Program-made: the position numbers and the translations under genes | Notes under the pieces: model-generated | What the model saw: only the letters and a program-made list of their open reading frames with translations | Told to the model about the DNA's origin: nothing | The model's database searches: none | Shown here: positions 62,700-64,000 of the stretch, piece after piece | Numbering within the stretch: the stretch's first letter is position 1 | Layout: every line of letters starts with the position of its first letter | NCBI GenBank assembly: GCA_013239625.1 | Contig: MU056216.1 | Coordinates: 5,686,644 to 5,750,643 of the forward strand | From: Lama guanicoe | Taxonomy: Eukaryota | Reading direction: 5' to 3' | DNA: 64,000 nucleotides

Positions 62700-62980
62700 A
62701 TATTTAAATTGGGTCTGTAGACTAGTTGATATTAATGGGATCAATGATAATTTCCTGATTTCGATGGTTGTACTGAATCCTTGTACTCAAGGAGTACAAA
62801 TTGAAATGTTAAAGGGGCGCGGCACATGGTGTCCACAACTTATTCTCAAAGATTCAGTAATAGTAAGTCGACAGTCAGGAGGAAAGGTATACGGAAGCTC
62901 CGTGTACTATTTTGCAACTTTTTTTTTTTGGTAAATTTGAAATTATTTTGAAACAAAAAGTTTTTAAAATGAAAAAAAAA
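62700..62980 (+). mobile_element. Old L1M 3' end
   Basis: taatttcctgatttcgatggttgtact...tgtactattttgcaacttttt...gtaaatttgaaattatttt plus A tail. Confidence 0.65.
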
Positions 62981-64000
62981 AGTGTCATTCCAACAGGTGG
63001 AATAAAAGATGCCTCCAAGAGGGGAGAAACAGTAAAAAAAAAAAAAACCTTAGATTTATGTAAAAGTCCATATGAAAGATAATAAGGGATGTATGTTCTC
63101 ATTAAAGGATTAACTAATAGTTGAAAGGGAAAGGGAATAGATATTGAGAAGCGTTTTGAAGTAGGATCAATGGAAAATGATGACCTAGAGGAAGGGAGAA
63201 AAGACAGTGAAGACTCCCCCAGCGTGGCCAGAGATGCTGTTCTCCATCGATGGGGAATTTGGGAGAGGCAGCAGGTTCCCAGGAGGCCCTGTCTCCCCAG
63301 AGACGGGGAGCTGCGCACAGGCAGGGACAGGCCAGTATCAGGCCACATTTGGGGAGACTCTACCCAGAACTACTGACTCAGGGACCAAGCCCATCCTCCC
63401 CTTTGCCTTAATGACTTCCGGGTGCAGAGCGTGCTCAAGCAGATTGGTGTATTTTTCACGTTGGGACCTTGGGAGCCTCTCCTAACAACTTTGTGTCTTA
63501 GTTCTTCCATCTCTGATAGCATAATGATGTTCTTGGGTAAAGATTTATGAGCTGAGGCTTGCAAAGTCCTTTGAAAACATTGGCTGAGGGCTCAAAATAA
63601 ATTACTTTATTAAGTATTAATGAATGCCTCCTGTTTGCAGGTTAGCCTGAAGAGGGAGAAAGAGGTAAGAAAAAATATTCTTTGAAAAGCTCGCTACCTC
63701 GTGTAATCTTTTTTGGACTGATTGGCGGGTAAGGAGATTGTGAGAGGAAGGGAGAAAGAAGTAAGAGGAAATAAACTTCGGTGGAGATGCTGCAGGGGTG
63801 GGGGTCTCTTTCGGTGTGGGCAGCAGATAGCTAGTGGTCCATATGATGCAAAGACATCACCTGGGTTTGTTCAGGAAACAGAGTTTAATTCCTCACCATC
63901 AAAATGATTGATGGTTTCTGTAGGCTCTTGCTTACGTACTTCAGAGAGTTAAAACAGGATCTCAGGAGGATAAGATAATCAGACTCAAGCTTTCAGCACG

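Noticed and set aside
62875-63348. 157-aa minus-strand ORF
   Set aside because: Low-complexity F/S/L-rich translation that runs into an L1 remnant and T-runs; no splice-phase link to the pseudogene found.
1-64000. CRISPR arrays, operons or prokaryotic systems
   Set aside because: The sequence is mammalian, and no regularly spaced repeat-spacer structure was seen.

Overview
Mammalian genomic DNA, very likely camelid (alpaca/camel-type tRNA-derived SINEs and cetartiodactyl-type L1 3' ends). It is AT-rich and repeat-dense, with four N-gaps. I find no intact protein-coding gene, and most ORFs in the supplied track are incidental. The main discovery is on the minus strand from about 53.2 kb to 20.6 kb. 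By hand I can chain about 20 exon-like blocks with AG/GT boundaries and mostly matching intron phases into a reading frame of about 5.1 kb (about 1,700 aa), disrupted by more than 20 in-frame stops, several frameshifts and one GT>AT donor lesion. This looks like an unprocessed (unitary) pseudogene. The reconstructed protein has a Cys/His-rich N-terminal region followed by four successive modules resembling the AlbA_2/Schlafen nuclease fold (E-x4-9-E-[FY]-K ... N-x2-GG-x-I-x-IG ... V-x-G). I do not recognise it as SLFN, SLFNL1 or SAMD9. The domain call is pattern recognition and needs profile-search confirmation. The rest of the window is L1, L2/MIR, MaLR/ERV LTRs, DNA-transposon fossils and SINEs; repeat family names are from recollection and boundaries are approximate.
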